DNA of 63,458 bases, filler included, from Thelocarpon superellum (GCA_026025795.1; 6 parts of 6 records of this genome joined end to end with filler, not necessarily neighbours in it), one strand, 5' to 3'; counted from the first letter of the whole stretch, positions 51,755-63,458 are shown. Notes: generated from the sequence alone by a model not told the origin. Made by a program: numbers and translations.

Positions 51755-52949
51755 CTCGCACCAGGCCGCCCAAGTTCACGCTCAGGCTCACGCGGCGGCG
51801 GCAGCGGCGGCAGCAGCGCAGCAGCAGCACTACAGCCGCATCGCCGCGTCAAATAATCCGACCCCAGCCCCATCTGCGACGGCGGATCATCCGCCCCACC
51901 ATGGGGTCATGGAGAGTGGCATCAGCGAAGAGAATCGGCGGGTCCTGGGCTGGATCGCCGAGTTGATGACCGGCAGCTCGCGCGAGTCGGCGCTGCTGGA
52001 GCTGAGCAAGAAGCGGGAGCAGGTGCCGGAGCTGGCCTTGATCCTCTGGCATTCGTTCGGTACGTGATTCGCGGTCCCGATTGGACCACGCTGACCTCTT
52101 CACGTCTGTAGGCGTCATGACCTCGTTGCTGCAGGAGATCATCTCCGTCTACCCGCTGCTCAACCCTTCGCAGCTCACGGCGACGGCGTCCAATCGGGTC
52201 TGCAATGCCCTCGCCCTCCTCCAATGCGTGGCCTCGCACAACGAAACACGTGCGCTGTTCCTGAATGGTAGGGACCTCGTGGCAGCAAACGATGGCGACG
52301 CACGCTGACCGTAGCCCTAGCTCACATTCCCCTGTTCCTCTACCCCTTCCTCAACACGACGTCCAAGTCCCGACCCTTCGAGTACCTGCGCCTGACCTCG
52401 CTGGGCGTCATCGGCGCGCTGGTCAAGAACGACTCGTCGGATGTGATCAACTTCCTGTTGACGACGGAGATCATCCCGCTATGCCTCCGCATCATGGAGA
52501 CGGGGTCGGAGCTGAGCAAGACCGTGGCCATCTTCATCGTGCAGAAGATCCTGCTGGACGACATGGGCCTCGCCTACATCTGTCACACGTACGAGCGCTT
52601 CTACGCTGTCGGCACCGTGCTCAGCAACATGGTGACCCAGCTTGTGGAGCAGCAGACTGTGCGTCTGCTCAAGCACGTCGTGCGATGCTTCCTTCGGTGA
52701 GTCCCCTCCCCGCGCCTCGAGCGCGGAGCGCGCGGCCCGGCGCTCAGCGGTCGGCTGACGCACGACCACAGTCTTAGCGACAACGCCCGGGCGCGTGAGG
52801 CGCTTCGTCAGTGCCTGCCGGAGCCCCTTCGGGATGCGACCTTCTCGTCGGTGCTTCGCGACGACGCGGCGACGAAGCGATGCCTGGCGCAGCTGCTGAT
52901 TAATCTCTCGGACCATGTGGTGGAATCGTCGAGCAACCCGGGCGTGTAG
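51546..52949 (+). CDS. RCD1: CCR4-NOT subunit Rcd1/Caf40/CNOT9 with polyQ/polyA N-terminus
   Basis: [78 protein letters not shown]; three introns; stop TAG 52947-52949. Confidence 0.96.
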
Positions 52950-52961
52950 GGCATGGGGGCT

Positions 52962-53061
52962 NNNNNNNNNNNNNNNNNNNNNNNNNNNNNNNNNNNNNNN
53001 NNNNNTTAATTAATTAANNNNNNNNNNNNNNNNNNNNNNNNNNNNNNNNNNNNNNNNNNNN
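52962..53061. other. Artificial contig-join spacer
   Basis: 44N-TTAATTAATTAA-44N. Confidence 0.97.
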
Positions 53062-53066
53062 CACGT

Positions 53067-53172
53067 GCGACGACCTGGCTAAGGAAACGCTCCGTGTCGG
53101 CTCTGCTCTCTTGATCGGCGACGACCTGGCTAAGGAAACGCTCCGTGTCGGCTCTGCTCTCTTGATCGGCGA
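53067..53172. repeat. Perfect 51-bp tandem duplication at contig start
   Basis: GCGACGACCTGGCTAAGGAAACGCTCCGTGTCGGCTCTGCTCTCTTGATCG occurs at 53067 and 53118. Confidence 0.92.
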
Positions 53173-53574
53173 AGGCGTACAGCGAAGATGCAAAGCAGAG
53201 CGAGGCAGCCTCGTAGACCGCGGAAGACGCCCTGTGGATCCACATTGGGTGTTCACCCAACACGTGCGTGTTCCACGTCAATTCAACTCGGATAGCTCTA
53301 CCTTTTTGATCGTGCTCTCTGCGCTCCACACCATCGGTGTTGGGACGAGGTCGGCGTCCAGCAGGTTTCCAATCTACGTCTTGTCAGGAGCGCGCATTGT
53401 CGCTAATGGAACCGTGAGAGATGAGATGAGCAGAGTGAGAAATGTCATACCAGGACACTCGAGATTCCAGATGGAACATCTACGAATACATTGGTAGTAC
53501 AAGTAATCGTGGCCATTGATCGTGCGGAGTCTGGTTCGCAACTCCCCCGCGCCGACGCTACAACGCCCGACCCA

Positions 53575-56500
53575 TCATTTCTTGGACCGCCGTCCTGACA
53601 CCGCGCCGCTGAGCCGGGCCAGATTGGGCAGACCGGATTTGCTCTTCGGGGCCGGCTGGGCTGGGGCGGGCGTAGTTGGGGCCACCGGAGGGGTCACCGG
53701 CGTCGCCGGGGGCGCCGTGAGCGGCGTGGGAGCCCCAGCCGGCGGTCGTGGACCGGCTGCCGTCATCGTGACGGGGATCGGTCCGACCTTGCTCTCCATC
53801 AGACCGACCTCACCTCGGCCATCCGCCGGCAGCTTCTGTCGGCGCGCCTTCTCTTGCACGCTCCGGAACTTTTCCAGCAGCTCCACCCACCGGATCCCGT
53901 CTTCGCGTCCCTTGAGCCGGTTCGAGCGATCGTAACTGCCCGCCGCTGCGGCCGGCGCCCTGTCATGGTCCTGGTGAGCCTTTCCCGGCGAACATGGCAA
54001 ACAACATGGGCGGGAATGGACCTACGGGCGAGGCGCGATGTGGAGATACCCGATGGCACTGACGCTGTTGAGTCGATTCTTGAGCGCGGCAAAGGCCGAC
54101 GACTGCGGGAGCAGCATCAGGAGGCCGTAGAGACATTTATACAGGTGCGGGTACCGCTCCGGCTCCAACAGCTGCAGGCGTAGGTCTATCACCCGTCAGA
54201 CGCGCCACATGACTCGTCGCCGGCCCGGGACCCACAAGTGAAGACGGGCGACTCGAGGAGCTGCACCAGCTTGTCGATCTGGATGAGCATGTTGATCGTC
54301 ATCTCCAACTCCGCACTGCCATCATCAGTTGTGCCGAGACCAACGGACGAGGCACACCTACAAGATCTGCAGCAAGTTGTACGCCTGCTCGTACGCCTGC
54401 GCCAGAAGACAGAGCGAAAAGGTCGCCACGGAGTTGTGGCACCACGCCCGGAAGAGAGTGACAAAGAATGTTTGGCCATCCTACAGGCCGTCAGCCCGCG
54501 CAAGGTGATTGCCACCACCCAATGCCCAGTGCCCACCGGCCGCTTACCCGGCTCTCCAAGTTGCGTAAACGCTTCCGGAGCTCCGCCATCTCCGGCGCCG
54601 TGATGAGGTTGTTATTCAGGTTCTGCACCATGATACTGGCGAATTCCACGTCCTACTGCGAATCAGCCTCAACCCATCTCGTCACATGGTCCGGCATTCA
54701 CGGACCTCGTCCTTCTCCAGGCAGTCCGCCAGGGTGCGGTAGATCCGCTCTGCGCTCAGATTGATGCAAAGCTGCCGAATGATGAGATTGCCCCGCGTCT
54801 CGAGCAAGCGACGATCGGTGCAGAGCAGCTGCAACAGATTCACCATGAAGGACGTAAAGTAGTCGTCGTCGCTGTTCTTGGAGATCTGCGACAACAGCTG
54901 AAGGTCGCGGGTCACCACTGCTTCCGCCGGATCCGAGAGAGTCTTGAGCAGAGCGGGGAAGGTCTCGTCGTTGATGGCGAGGACCTTGCGAGGCGCTTTC
55001 CGGTGCAGCATGATCAGCCAGCTCAGTGCACCCACACGCGTGGCCTCATGCTCGTTGAGGAATTGCAAGGTCAGCGCGTTGACCGCCGCGGCGTAGTCAA
55101 GGTCCATCATCGACAGCCGGGCCGCCAGCACATCGCCCGAGACCGGTCGACTCGGATGCTCGGCGGCGCTATCACGCCCGGCCTCCGGCCCCGGTGGGTG
55201 CGGCGACGGCGCATGCGCATGTCCCGTCGAGCTCCGACGCAATCCGTCGCGAGGGGCGCCCGCCGGCGTGCGCGACAGGGCCGAGAGCGTGCCGCCGGGG
55301 GGGCCGTCCTCGGACAAGGATTCGATATAATCCATCAGCGAGGTGTTGACCCGATGTGCGGCCAGTCGCAGCGGCTCCACCGTGCTCGCCATGGCCGGCA
55401 GAACCCGGGAGAGTAGTCGCGGCACGAACGGCAGGATGTCTTCGGGACAGATCTCGAAGAAGTTTTCGATCCAGCGCAAGGCCGTGAGAGGAATTTCGCC
55501 CTCGGTCCGGCGGGTGTCGGGGCCGACGCGCGACCCCGTCAACTTTTCGTGCGTATTGGCGGGATCCAGGAAGGTGAGGAGAATCTCCAACAGCTTGGGA
55601 TGGTCGACGTGCACATCCTGGCCCGGAACCCAATCGCCGTCACTGCTTTCGCCGCCCGTCTCATCCGCGAGGGAGTCTGCGTCGTCGATGGCATGCTCAC
55701 CCGCGTCATGCGAGACGTCATCGGCCCCTCCGTAGGAGCCGGAGCGGTGACGATCCTCTTTCTCCAGACTCCGCGCCCGCCGACTGACCTCCACCCCTCG
55801 CTTGATGCGCGCGATGCGCCGAATCTCGGCCAAGAAACGCTCCAGCGCGCCTTGTGTGGCCACGTAGACGTCACGTGCCGGGTCAGAGAGGAAGCCAAAC
55901 AGCCCACCGAGGAAGGCAGGGAGATAGAAGACCAGCTCGAGGTCGGGGATGGAATCTAAGAGAGTGATCCACGACACTAGGAACATGCGGGTGAAGGCGT
56001 TGTGGACGTAGATGCGCTCCCTCAGCAACGGGATGAAGCGTGCGAGGGAGAAGGCGGTCGGCGGGTCGGGATGTTGAGGAGCGTGGGCGGAGCTGTCGTC
56101 GATGGCCGGCTCGGGTGATTGGTGGAGGACGGAGACGTAGGTCGCGGCCGATTCCGAGACGATGTCCTTGACGAGACGGTCCAGCAGCTCGGCGCCGTTC
56201 TTAACCGACATCTCGGAGTCGGCGGCCAGCTGCAGCGAGAGTGGGTGAGCGATGCCATCGAGGTCGAGGGCGAAGGGAAGGCCAACCTTGCACAGGGCGT
56301 CGAAGATATCATTGAAGAACAGCAGCACTTCTCCCTTGGCCACCTTGGCAATGTTATACATGCTCTCGCACGCGTAGTATCGTACGCGGGCATCCTGGTC
56401 GGTGAAGCAGGCCAGGACGGGCGGTACGATCTCCTCAAGATAGCGTGCGACCTCCTGTCGGCATGGTCAGCATCTGCGTCACCGCGGCGGGGCAGGATGC

Positions 56501-56800
56501 CACGCACCGGTCCCAGGGCGATGGACGCCGCGGCCAGCCCGATCAACCCCCCATTCCGGGCGTAGGGTTGATGCACGGCATAGGCATACTCGTGGCAGAG
56601 CTGATGGATAATCTTCTTCACCTTCTCGTGGTCTTGTGCCGCCACGGCTTCGCGGATGACACTCTCGAGACTGGCGGGCGAGCATTAGCGTGGGGACAGG
56701 CGCCGGCACACCCGCCCGCATGGAAGACCCACTCAAGAGCGCCCGCCTTCCGCTTGTCGTAGAGCTTGTCATTGAGCGCCCGGTGGGTGGACGCGTCCAT
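53575..56800 (-). CDS. VAC14: Vac14, scaffold of the Fab1/PIKfyve complex
   Basis: [85 protein letters not shown]; multiple GT-AG introns. Confidence 0.95.
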
Positions 56801-57436
56801 GTTGGTGAGGTGATCAGATCACTGGGACATTCTCCACTGGACCAAGTGGAGCTGTGGGTAGATGACAGCACCGGTGTTGCTGCGGACTGATCCCTCAGCG
56901 TCCCACCGGTCAAGCATGAATGGAATCACAGGTCATGTCGCTTCACATGCTGGCCGTCGTCATGTTGGTCAAGAGGATCTAGTAGAATCTCACGGCAGTG
57001 ACGGTCCTCGTCTTGGCTGGTGCCACGACGTAATTGCCGGATGTCATCCCAAGTCTCGTCTTTAGCGACTCGGACTGTGGATTGACGAATCAACGGATTA
57101 CCCGATGGAGGAGGATCCCGAAGTCGCCGAGGTCAGCACGGATCAGCTCCTGCCCAGCGCCTCCTACTTCCGGGGTTTCCCTCAACGCAGGTCCGCCTGT
57201 GGGCTACGAAGATGGTTCTGAGGCTGACGGGCATGGAGGGGTCTCGAAGATGGCGTGCATGATCGGAAGCCAATTGCACAATATGGCTCAGGCATTTCCC
57301 GATCCACCCCACGCAAAAGTGATCGTTCCGCCGGGTCGTTGAGCCAAGTCGGTGGCTAGGCAAGAACAATAGTCTACGCTGTACTACTCCATGATTTCGC
57401 CTTCGGAACTTCCGTCGGCTCACCATGTCCAAGCGC

Positions 57437-60073
57437 TCACTGCATCGCATTGTTAGGGTGGGGTCATCGATCCGGGAGAGGAGCGGCATACGTGAGAGAT
57501 GTATTGGAAGACGGCGCTGACGTGCTCCACGCCACACTCTTGCCGGAGCAACAGATCCTGGATGGGCTGCAACGCGGCATTGACGAAATGATTCCAGGTG
57601 CTGGTGTCGCCGTACAGCATCGCCGGAGCCTTGAGATGCTGACGGCCGTCGGGCTTGCAGCGCTTGCACTTGAAGGTATCGTGCGTATCCGACGTCGTGT
57701 CGGGCTTGTACTGAAAGAGTTCGCGGAGACTGTCGAGGGTGAAGTGACGCTCGACATCCTCCGCCGAGTCGACGACGCACGACGAGAGCGACTGTTTGTG
57801 AGATTGGCGCTGAAAGATCTTCTCTTCGATCGTCCCGGTCGCGATAAATCGATACACGAAGCCTACACACCGCCATTAGCGATGCCGCCACCGCTCTGGA
57901 GACGCCCGGCACGCACAGTCCTTCTTCTGCCCGTCACGCCACACGCGCGCCAGCGCCTGCTGATCTGCGGCCGGGTTCCAATCTGATCACACCGTCAGCG
58001 GAGCGGGTGCGGGAGCGGGGCCGGGTGATCGACCCACCTGGATCGAACAGCACCAATCGGTTTGCGCCAATCAGGTTCAGACCACATCCGCCTGCTTTGC
58101 TGCTGAGCAAGAAGACAAATTCGCTTCCGTCCGGGTCGTTGAACCGGTCGACGAGCTTCTGTCGCTTGTTGACATTCATCGTTCCATCCAGGCGCAGCGA
58201 GCCGTAGCCCCGGGCCCGGCAGAGCTTGTCGAAGATGTCGAGCGTCTGCGTATAGTTGCTGATCAAGACGATCTTGTCATTGGTGTCTTGGCGGATGCGA
58301 GCCAACATCCGGTCCAGCACCATCATCTTCCCGGAGTACCACGACTTGACGTCCCGATCGCGTCCACGCGCATCCTTGGGCACGTAGTCTTCCGGGTAGA
58401 ATTTCTCACACCCCGGCAGATCATCCGGCAGATCGAGCAGGTCGGGGTGATTACAGAGCTTCTTCAACATCCCGATGGCCTTCAACGGCTGGCTGCCCTT
58501 GCCCCGCAGGAGACTCTTGATCTCGGGACTCTGGATGAAGTAGTTGTAGAGATCCAGCTGGAAGGGCGCCAGGTTGCAGAAGACGACGTGCTCGTACTTG
58601 ACCGGCAGATACTTGGACAAGATGTCGTTGGTGCGGCGGATGATGAACTTGCTCACGATGGCCAGCAGCTCCGCCAGGCGCTCGTCCCCCTTTTGGCGGT
58701 CCTCGTCGGTCCCGGCCGCGTCGCGGCCGCGCAGGATGGGAATCTCGTACTGCTTGCGGAAGTCGTTGTGCGATCCGAGCAAGTTGGGATTGGCAAAGTT
58801 GATGAGGGAAAAGTACTCCGAGAGGTCGTTCTGTATCGGCGTGCCGGAGAGGATGACGCGCCGGGCCACGTTCAGGCCATCCAGGGCCGAGAAGGTCTGG
58901 CTCTCCTTGTTCTTCAGCCGATGGCCCTCGTCGCACAGCAAGAGGCCAATCGGCGTGTTCTTGAGCTCATCCACATTCAGACGCAAGGTCTCGTAGGAGA
59001 CGATCAGCACCGGCCGCACCACCGCCCGGCCGCTCGCGATGCACCACTGCCGCAGCTGCGAGGTGAGCTCCGCTTTGCTCGCCTTGCCATCGACGGCGAA
59101 GGGCGTCAATGCGTCCTTTCCCAACCACTTGACCAGCTCATTGGCCCAATTTCGGACCAAGCTCGACGGACATGCGATGACGCACTTCTGGATCGTCGAC
59201 CTCCCGGGCTCCGGGGACTGTTTGAGCAGCGTCCACATCAATGCGATACACTGCAGCGTCTTCCCCAAGCCCATCTCATCCGCCATGATGCAGCCGTTCG
59301 CCTTTTCGTCCAGCAGTCCGGTCGTACATCGATACAAGAACTTGACCCCCTCCACCTGATGCGGCCGCAGGACCTTGGCCAGCCGCGGATCGATGACGAC
59401 GGGAATCTTGGGACGATCGCTGACCTCTTTCTTCAACCCGAGGATATCGGCCAAACTCCGGTGCATGATGGGGATGTCCAGCTTCGGCTTGCCCTCGTCT
59501 TCGACCTTCTCCTTCACCTCTTCCACGGACACAGGCTTTTCGTCAATGGTGGGGTCGTACAGCACGATGGCAAACTCGCCGCTAGGATCATGCAGCGGCT
59601 TGGCGATGAAGGTGGCCGACGTGCGCATGCCTAGAGCCGGCACACATCTCGCAGCACTGTAGCCGCCCGTATCTTTATTGATAAGCGGCACGGCGAAGCG
59701 CTGCCTGAACGTCGAATCCTTATCCTTGACCTTGAAAATAGGGTATCGATTGGCATCGCGGTTGGCGAGAGCCATGCGGTCCTCATTCGTCCATGGCTTC
59801 TCGTCCGCATCCGCGTTCTCATCGGCGCCGCTGTAGTCGACCTTGCGGCGCTTCCGGGCGGGCTTCTCCGATGCCCGAGTCGGCGTGGCGGTGCCGGGGC
59901 ACTTGAAGGGTTTCACCAGACGATCGTCGGAGAGAGGTGTGCCACCGTAGAGCCGTGACGCTCTCTTCGCCGCTGGAGGGGCGCTTTGACCTGGCGTGGT
60001 GGCGGCAGGACGGGGACGATGCCTAGCAGAGGATCAGCTCGAAATCGGCGCCATGGACCGCGGTTGCTTACAT
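57437..60073 (-). CDS. RAD54: DNA repair/recombination SWI2/SNF2 ATPase Rad54
   Basis: [67 protein letters not shown], ends FQYISH. Four introns, including 60071-60023 (inside the ATG) and 57491-57440 (before the TGA). Confidence 0.95.
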
Positions 60074-60214
60074 CGCGTCTGCGTCTGATCGGCTCCGTTC
60101 TCAGTCGAAACAGAGCACGAGCGGCTCTTTGATTGATGGGTGCTGTAAGAGAGCCAGCATCGCCAGTACCAGCGGTCGTGGTTGTCAGTGGATCGAGCGT
60201 CAACACGACCTTGG

Positions 60215-60241
60215 TCGCGTCACAAACGCTGGGTGACGCGA
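60215..60241. promoter_or_regulatory. Inverted pair of MCB-like (GACGCG) elements in the RAD54 / carrier divergent promoter
   Basis: TCGCGTCAC-N9-GTGACGCGA, 140-170 bp upstream of the RAD54 start. Confidence 0.45.
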
Positions 60242-60480
60242 GGCGAGTGGCGGACTCATCGCCAGATCACGTGCCCCACGAGGCGTGGCCCCGTCGGACC
60301 CCGCTAGCATACTTCGCATGTCGTACCTCGGCGAACGGCGTTGGGCGTCACCGATGGCATGCAACATGGGACCCCCACTCTGATAACAAGACCCCATAAT
60401 ATGGCGTGGAAAGACGAGAAGCACAGATTGATTCAGCATCTGCGTTCCGAGGCGAGCGTATCGTTCTCACCCTACTTGCA

Positions 60481-61643
60481 ATGTCCGCGGATTTCTGGGC
60501 CGGCTACCTCAGCGGGGCAGCGGGCATCATTATTGGAAATCCTCTGGACTTGATCAAGGTCCGACTACAAGCGGGTGGCCTTGCACCACCACGCCCGTCG
60601 GGTCTGGTGAACCAGTTCGAGAGCCTGGGCGCTTTGGTCAAAGGTACATGGCGTCTGCGAGCGTGTGCGTCGGCATTCGATCTGTTGACGACTGACCTCC
60701 AGGCGCGTCGGCTCCGATCCTGGGCTATGGCGCTCTCAATGCACTGCTGTTCGTCTCGTACCATCATACCTTGACGCTCCTATGTGATGACTACACGAAC
60801 CCCTCGAGTGCGTGGAAGACGTGGGTTGCTGGGGCCACGGGTGGATTAGCCACCTGGGTTGTGTCCACGCCCACAGAGTTGGTCAAGTGTCGGGCGCAGG
60901 TGGCGGCGGGACAGCAGACTTCCTGGTCCGTGGCGAAAGAGCTGATGCGCATGAATGGCCCTCGAGGCTTGTACGTGGGCGGCGGTGTCACCAGTCTCCG
61001 GGACTCCATCGGCTATGGCTTTTAGTAGGTCCTGCCGGCCGTAGGAGGGCCTGAGCATCAAGCGAGGAGGAGCTGACGATGGTCAGTTTCTGGTCGTACG
61101 AGCTCAGTAAAGGGTGGATGACGGTCCCGGATGAGTCAGACGCGTACACGGCTGCCAAAGTCCTGATCTGTGGCGGTCTGGCCGGCATGACAACGTGGGC
61201 GTCCATCTACCCCTTGGGTAGGTATCTGTCCTCAATCATTGCCCGTGTTTGACGTCCCTTCCGCCCCAGTTCTGACCTTCCACGCTGGTGAAGATGTCAT
61301 CAAGTCTCGCGTTCAGACCCAACTATCGCTGGCGTCCGCTGTGTCCGGCCGGCCCTCTTCGCAGACGCCGCTCATGCAAGGTGACCGTAGCTCTGTGGCC
61401 GCCGTCAAGTCGCTCGGCCGTCTGAGCACACTTGCCCTCACCCGGCAGGCGTATGAGCGCGAGGGTCTTGGTGTCTTTGTGCGTGGCCTGGGTGTTTGCA
61501 CGGCGCGAGCCTTCATCGTCAACGCCGTTCAGGTATGCTACGAAGTCTGCCGCCTCGGCCAGCGCTCAAGACGACGTCAATGCTAAGCGGTCCAGTGGTC
61601 AGTCTACGAATATATTATGAGGCAGCTGAAGCCAGCGTCATGA
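60481..61643 (+). CDS. Mitochondrial carrier (SLC25; SLC25A45/carnitine-ornithine carrier-like)
   Basis: Three carrier signatures: PLDLIKVRLQ, PTELVKCRAQ, PL|DVIKSRVQ; RAFIVNAVQ|W; four introns. Confidence 0.92.
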
Positions 61644-61771
61644 TCCCTATGTCATGGGACGGAAGCGCCAGGTAGACAGGGAGGCGAATGTGAACAGACG
61701 GGCTGTTTCAGAACAAGAGCTGTTCTTAGATTCCAAATAGCTAAACAGCAAACCCCGCCCAAATGCCTCCT

Positions 61772-63277
61772 TCATAGATCCAGTAGCTGTTCGCTATAGT
61801 CGTCGAGCTTGTTGATGACAAAGCGATCCTTCCACTTCTGTCGAAACGCCTTTTTGCGGTAGGTGAAGCTGAGGTTCTGGGAGAAGCTGGCCAGCTCGAC
61901 CTTCCACCCCTTCTCGAGAGCGCGCTCGACCATCTTGAAGAAGCCTTCGGAATACTCGGCTTCGGCCGCGTCGCCCGTGGCCAGCACCATGGTCGCCGGG
62001 ACTTTGGCATCCACGAGCGACTCGAGCATCTTCAGGTGTAAGATCTCATCTACTGCCTGCTCCACGAGCTTTCGTGGGCCGGCCGTCTCCGATCCGCTGG
62101 ATAGACCGGAGGTGCCGTTGCCATTGCCATGACCATTGGCCTGGTTCCTCGTCTTGCGAGGGCTCGGCTCGCGGGCCTTCATGACGCGATCGAGGATGCT
62201 GATCTGGTAGCCACAATCCTGAGCCTCGCGAATCGTGGGCGTTAGTGGCTTCGAGCCGACCAGGACTCGCTTGTGCGCCGGACGACCACGCTCAAGGATG
62301 AGGGCGAGGGAGTGGAATGACATGGGCACGCGGCGGACATGCGCCGTGGGCGGGATCCCGCGCGTACGCTTGAGCGTATCGAAGTAGCCAATCATGATGT
62401 TAGAGCAATCGATGAAGACATGAATCTCGTCTCGGGGGTGGATCGAGGCGCCCCGGGCGGCTGGCGGTCCCGCCAAATTTCGCAGTTGGCTCTGCTCGGC
62501 AGGAAAGGCCTCGAGGAGCTTGATGACCAGGCTGGCTTTCCGCTGAGCTGATGATTGCTGGGAGAGTGGCTCGATGTGAAAAGGTCGCGGACCGGACAGA
62601 AAAGGGTTAGATACAGGCCACCCGGGTACCGCACTCCCGGTAGACTTGGGTGGAGAGGCCGAGGAGAAGCCCGAGTCGTCACCGGTGCTGCCTGATGCGT
62701 GCGCCCTGGACGACGTCGGACCCTTCCGCAAGGCCAAGCCATGCAATCCTGGCAACTCCGTTTCTGACTCCGCGTCGTTCTGCGTCGGCGCCTCGGCTTG
62801 CCGCCTTGGTGTTGTTGAATGGGCGGCAGGTGTCTTCTTCCGCGGCTGGCGTGGTAGAGTCGGCTCGCCTGGCCGAGGGAGAAGCCGGGCAGGTCGAGAA
62901 TCTCCTCGACTGTCGGCATCTTCCAGATCGGTCACGCCGTCTTCGTCGCGCCACCGGACGCTCTTTGGAAGGGGCAGATATTGGCCGACGTTCTGCCCAT
63001 GCGCTTCAATGGACGTGGCGGTGATCTCTTCGCCATCGAAGACTTTGACTACCGGCGGCGGGAGATCGCACGGTTTGCCCAGCTCTTGCCATAATCTGGT
63101 GAAGTTCCCGAGCGAGGGCACGTCGGGCTGGGCGGCAGCTGGGTCCGTTACCACCAGATCGATGGCTTCTCGGTCGAGCTGGAGGGGAACGGTCGGCGGG
63201 TGGCTCGGGGTCAGGCTGTAGATGAGCCTGATGGCAGGAGTGAAATCCCAGGCCGTCTCGGTCGCTTCGGAACTCAT
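61772..63277 (-). CDS. Fungal NYN/LabA-DUF88 PIN-like domain protein
   Basis: C-terminal HVFIDCSNI...EQAVDEILHLKM...VLATGD.....EYSEGF...GWKVEL acidic PIN-like motifs after a long disordered N-terminus. Confidence 0.85.
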   Translation of the reverse strand: MSSEATETAWDFTPAIRLIYSLTPSHPPTVPLQLDREAIDLVVTDPAAAQPDVPSLGNFTRLWQELGKPCDLPPPVVKVFDGEEITATSIEAHGQNVGQYLPLPKSVRWRDEDGVTDLEDADSRGDSRPARLLPRPGEPTLPRQPRKKTPAAHSTTPRRQAEAPTQNDAESETELPGLHGLALRKGPTSSRAHASGSTGDDSGFSSASPPKSTGSAVPGWPVSNPFLSGPRPFHIEPLSQQSSAQRKASLVIKLLEAFPAEQSQLRNLAGPPAARGASIHPRDEIHVFIDCSNIMIGYFDTLKRTRGIPPTAHVRRVPMSFHSLALILERGRPAHKRVLVGSKPLTPTIREAQDCGYQISILDRVMKAREPSPRKTRNQANGHGNGNGTSGLSSGSETAGPRKLVEQAVDEILHLKMLESLVDAKVPATMVLATGDAAEAEYSEGFFKMVERALEKGWKVELASFSQNLSFTYRKKAFRQKWKDRFVINKLDDYSEQLLDL

Positions 63278-63458
63278 ATAATACCCTCCCAGCTGTCCAA
63301 TCTCGCTGCGGGGTAGGGCTGTTGTGGGAACTGTCGGGCACCCACTATGATGGGATGTCAGACCGGTTCATAAACATGGCATGTAACGCGAAGTCGCGAG
63401 CAAGATCGACAGCGTCTACAACATGGTACCATTCACGAGCACTCTGATCACGTGAGGA

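Overview
Eukaryotic, GC-rich DNA from a filamentous ascomycete (Pezizomycotina-type genes; short GT-AG introns with CTRAC/CTAAC branch sites). The window is not one contiguous locus. It is six segments (10558, 10543, 10528, 10499, 10433 and 10397 bp, strictly decreasing) joined by an identical artificial 100-nt spacer (44N-TTAATTAATTAA-44N), i.e. length-sorted contigs, so adjacency is only meaningful within a segment. I can support 22 protein-coding genes. Segment 1: glucosylceramide synthase (5' partial), WW-domain protein, PQ-loop transporter, GTR1, URC4/DUF1688. Segment 2: YCF1-type ABCC transporter, GH5 exo-1,3-beta-glucanase. Segment 3: DUF1223 thioredoxin-like, Pth11-like membrane protein, DHA1 MFS pump, truncated secreted protein. 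Segment 4: Cys-rich hypothetical, hidden intron-split 4-TM protein, secreted protein with a possible 6-nt micro-exon, OSCA/TMEM63 channel. Segment 5: GPATCH1-like, KIN1 kinase, RCD1/CAF40. Segment 6: VAC14, RAD54, mitochondrial carrier, NYN/PIN-like protein. I found no CRISPR array, tRNA, rRNA or transposase ORF, and I cannot claim a clearly novel multi-gene system. The most unusual signals are: RAD54 with an intron inside its start codon (AT|G) and another immediately before its stop codon; a 3x140-bp tandem array with CpG-biased decay and a GTCACRTG motif per unit; a 15-bp perfect hairpin burying a predicted splice donor; and a frame-preserving 6-nt micro-exon.
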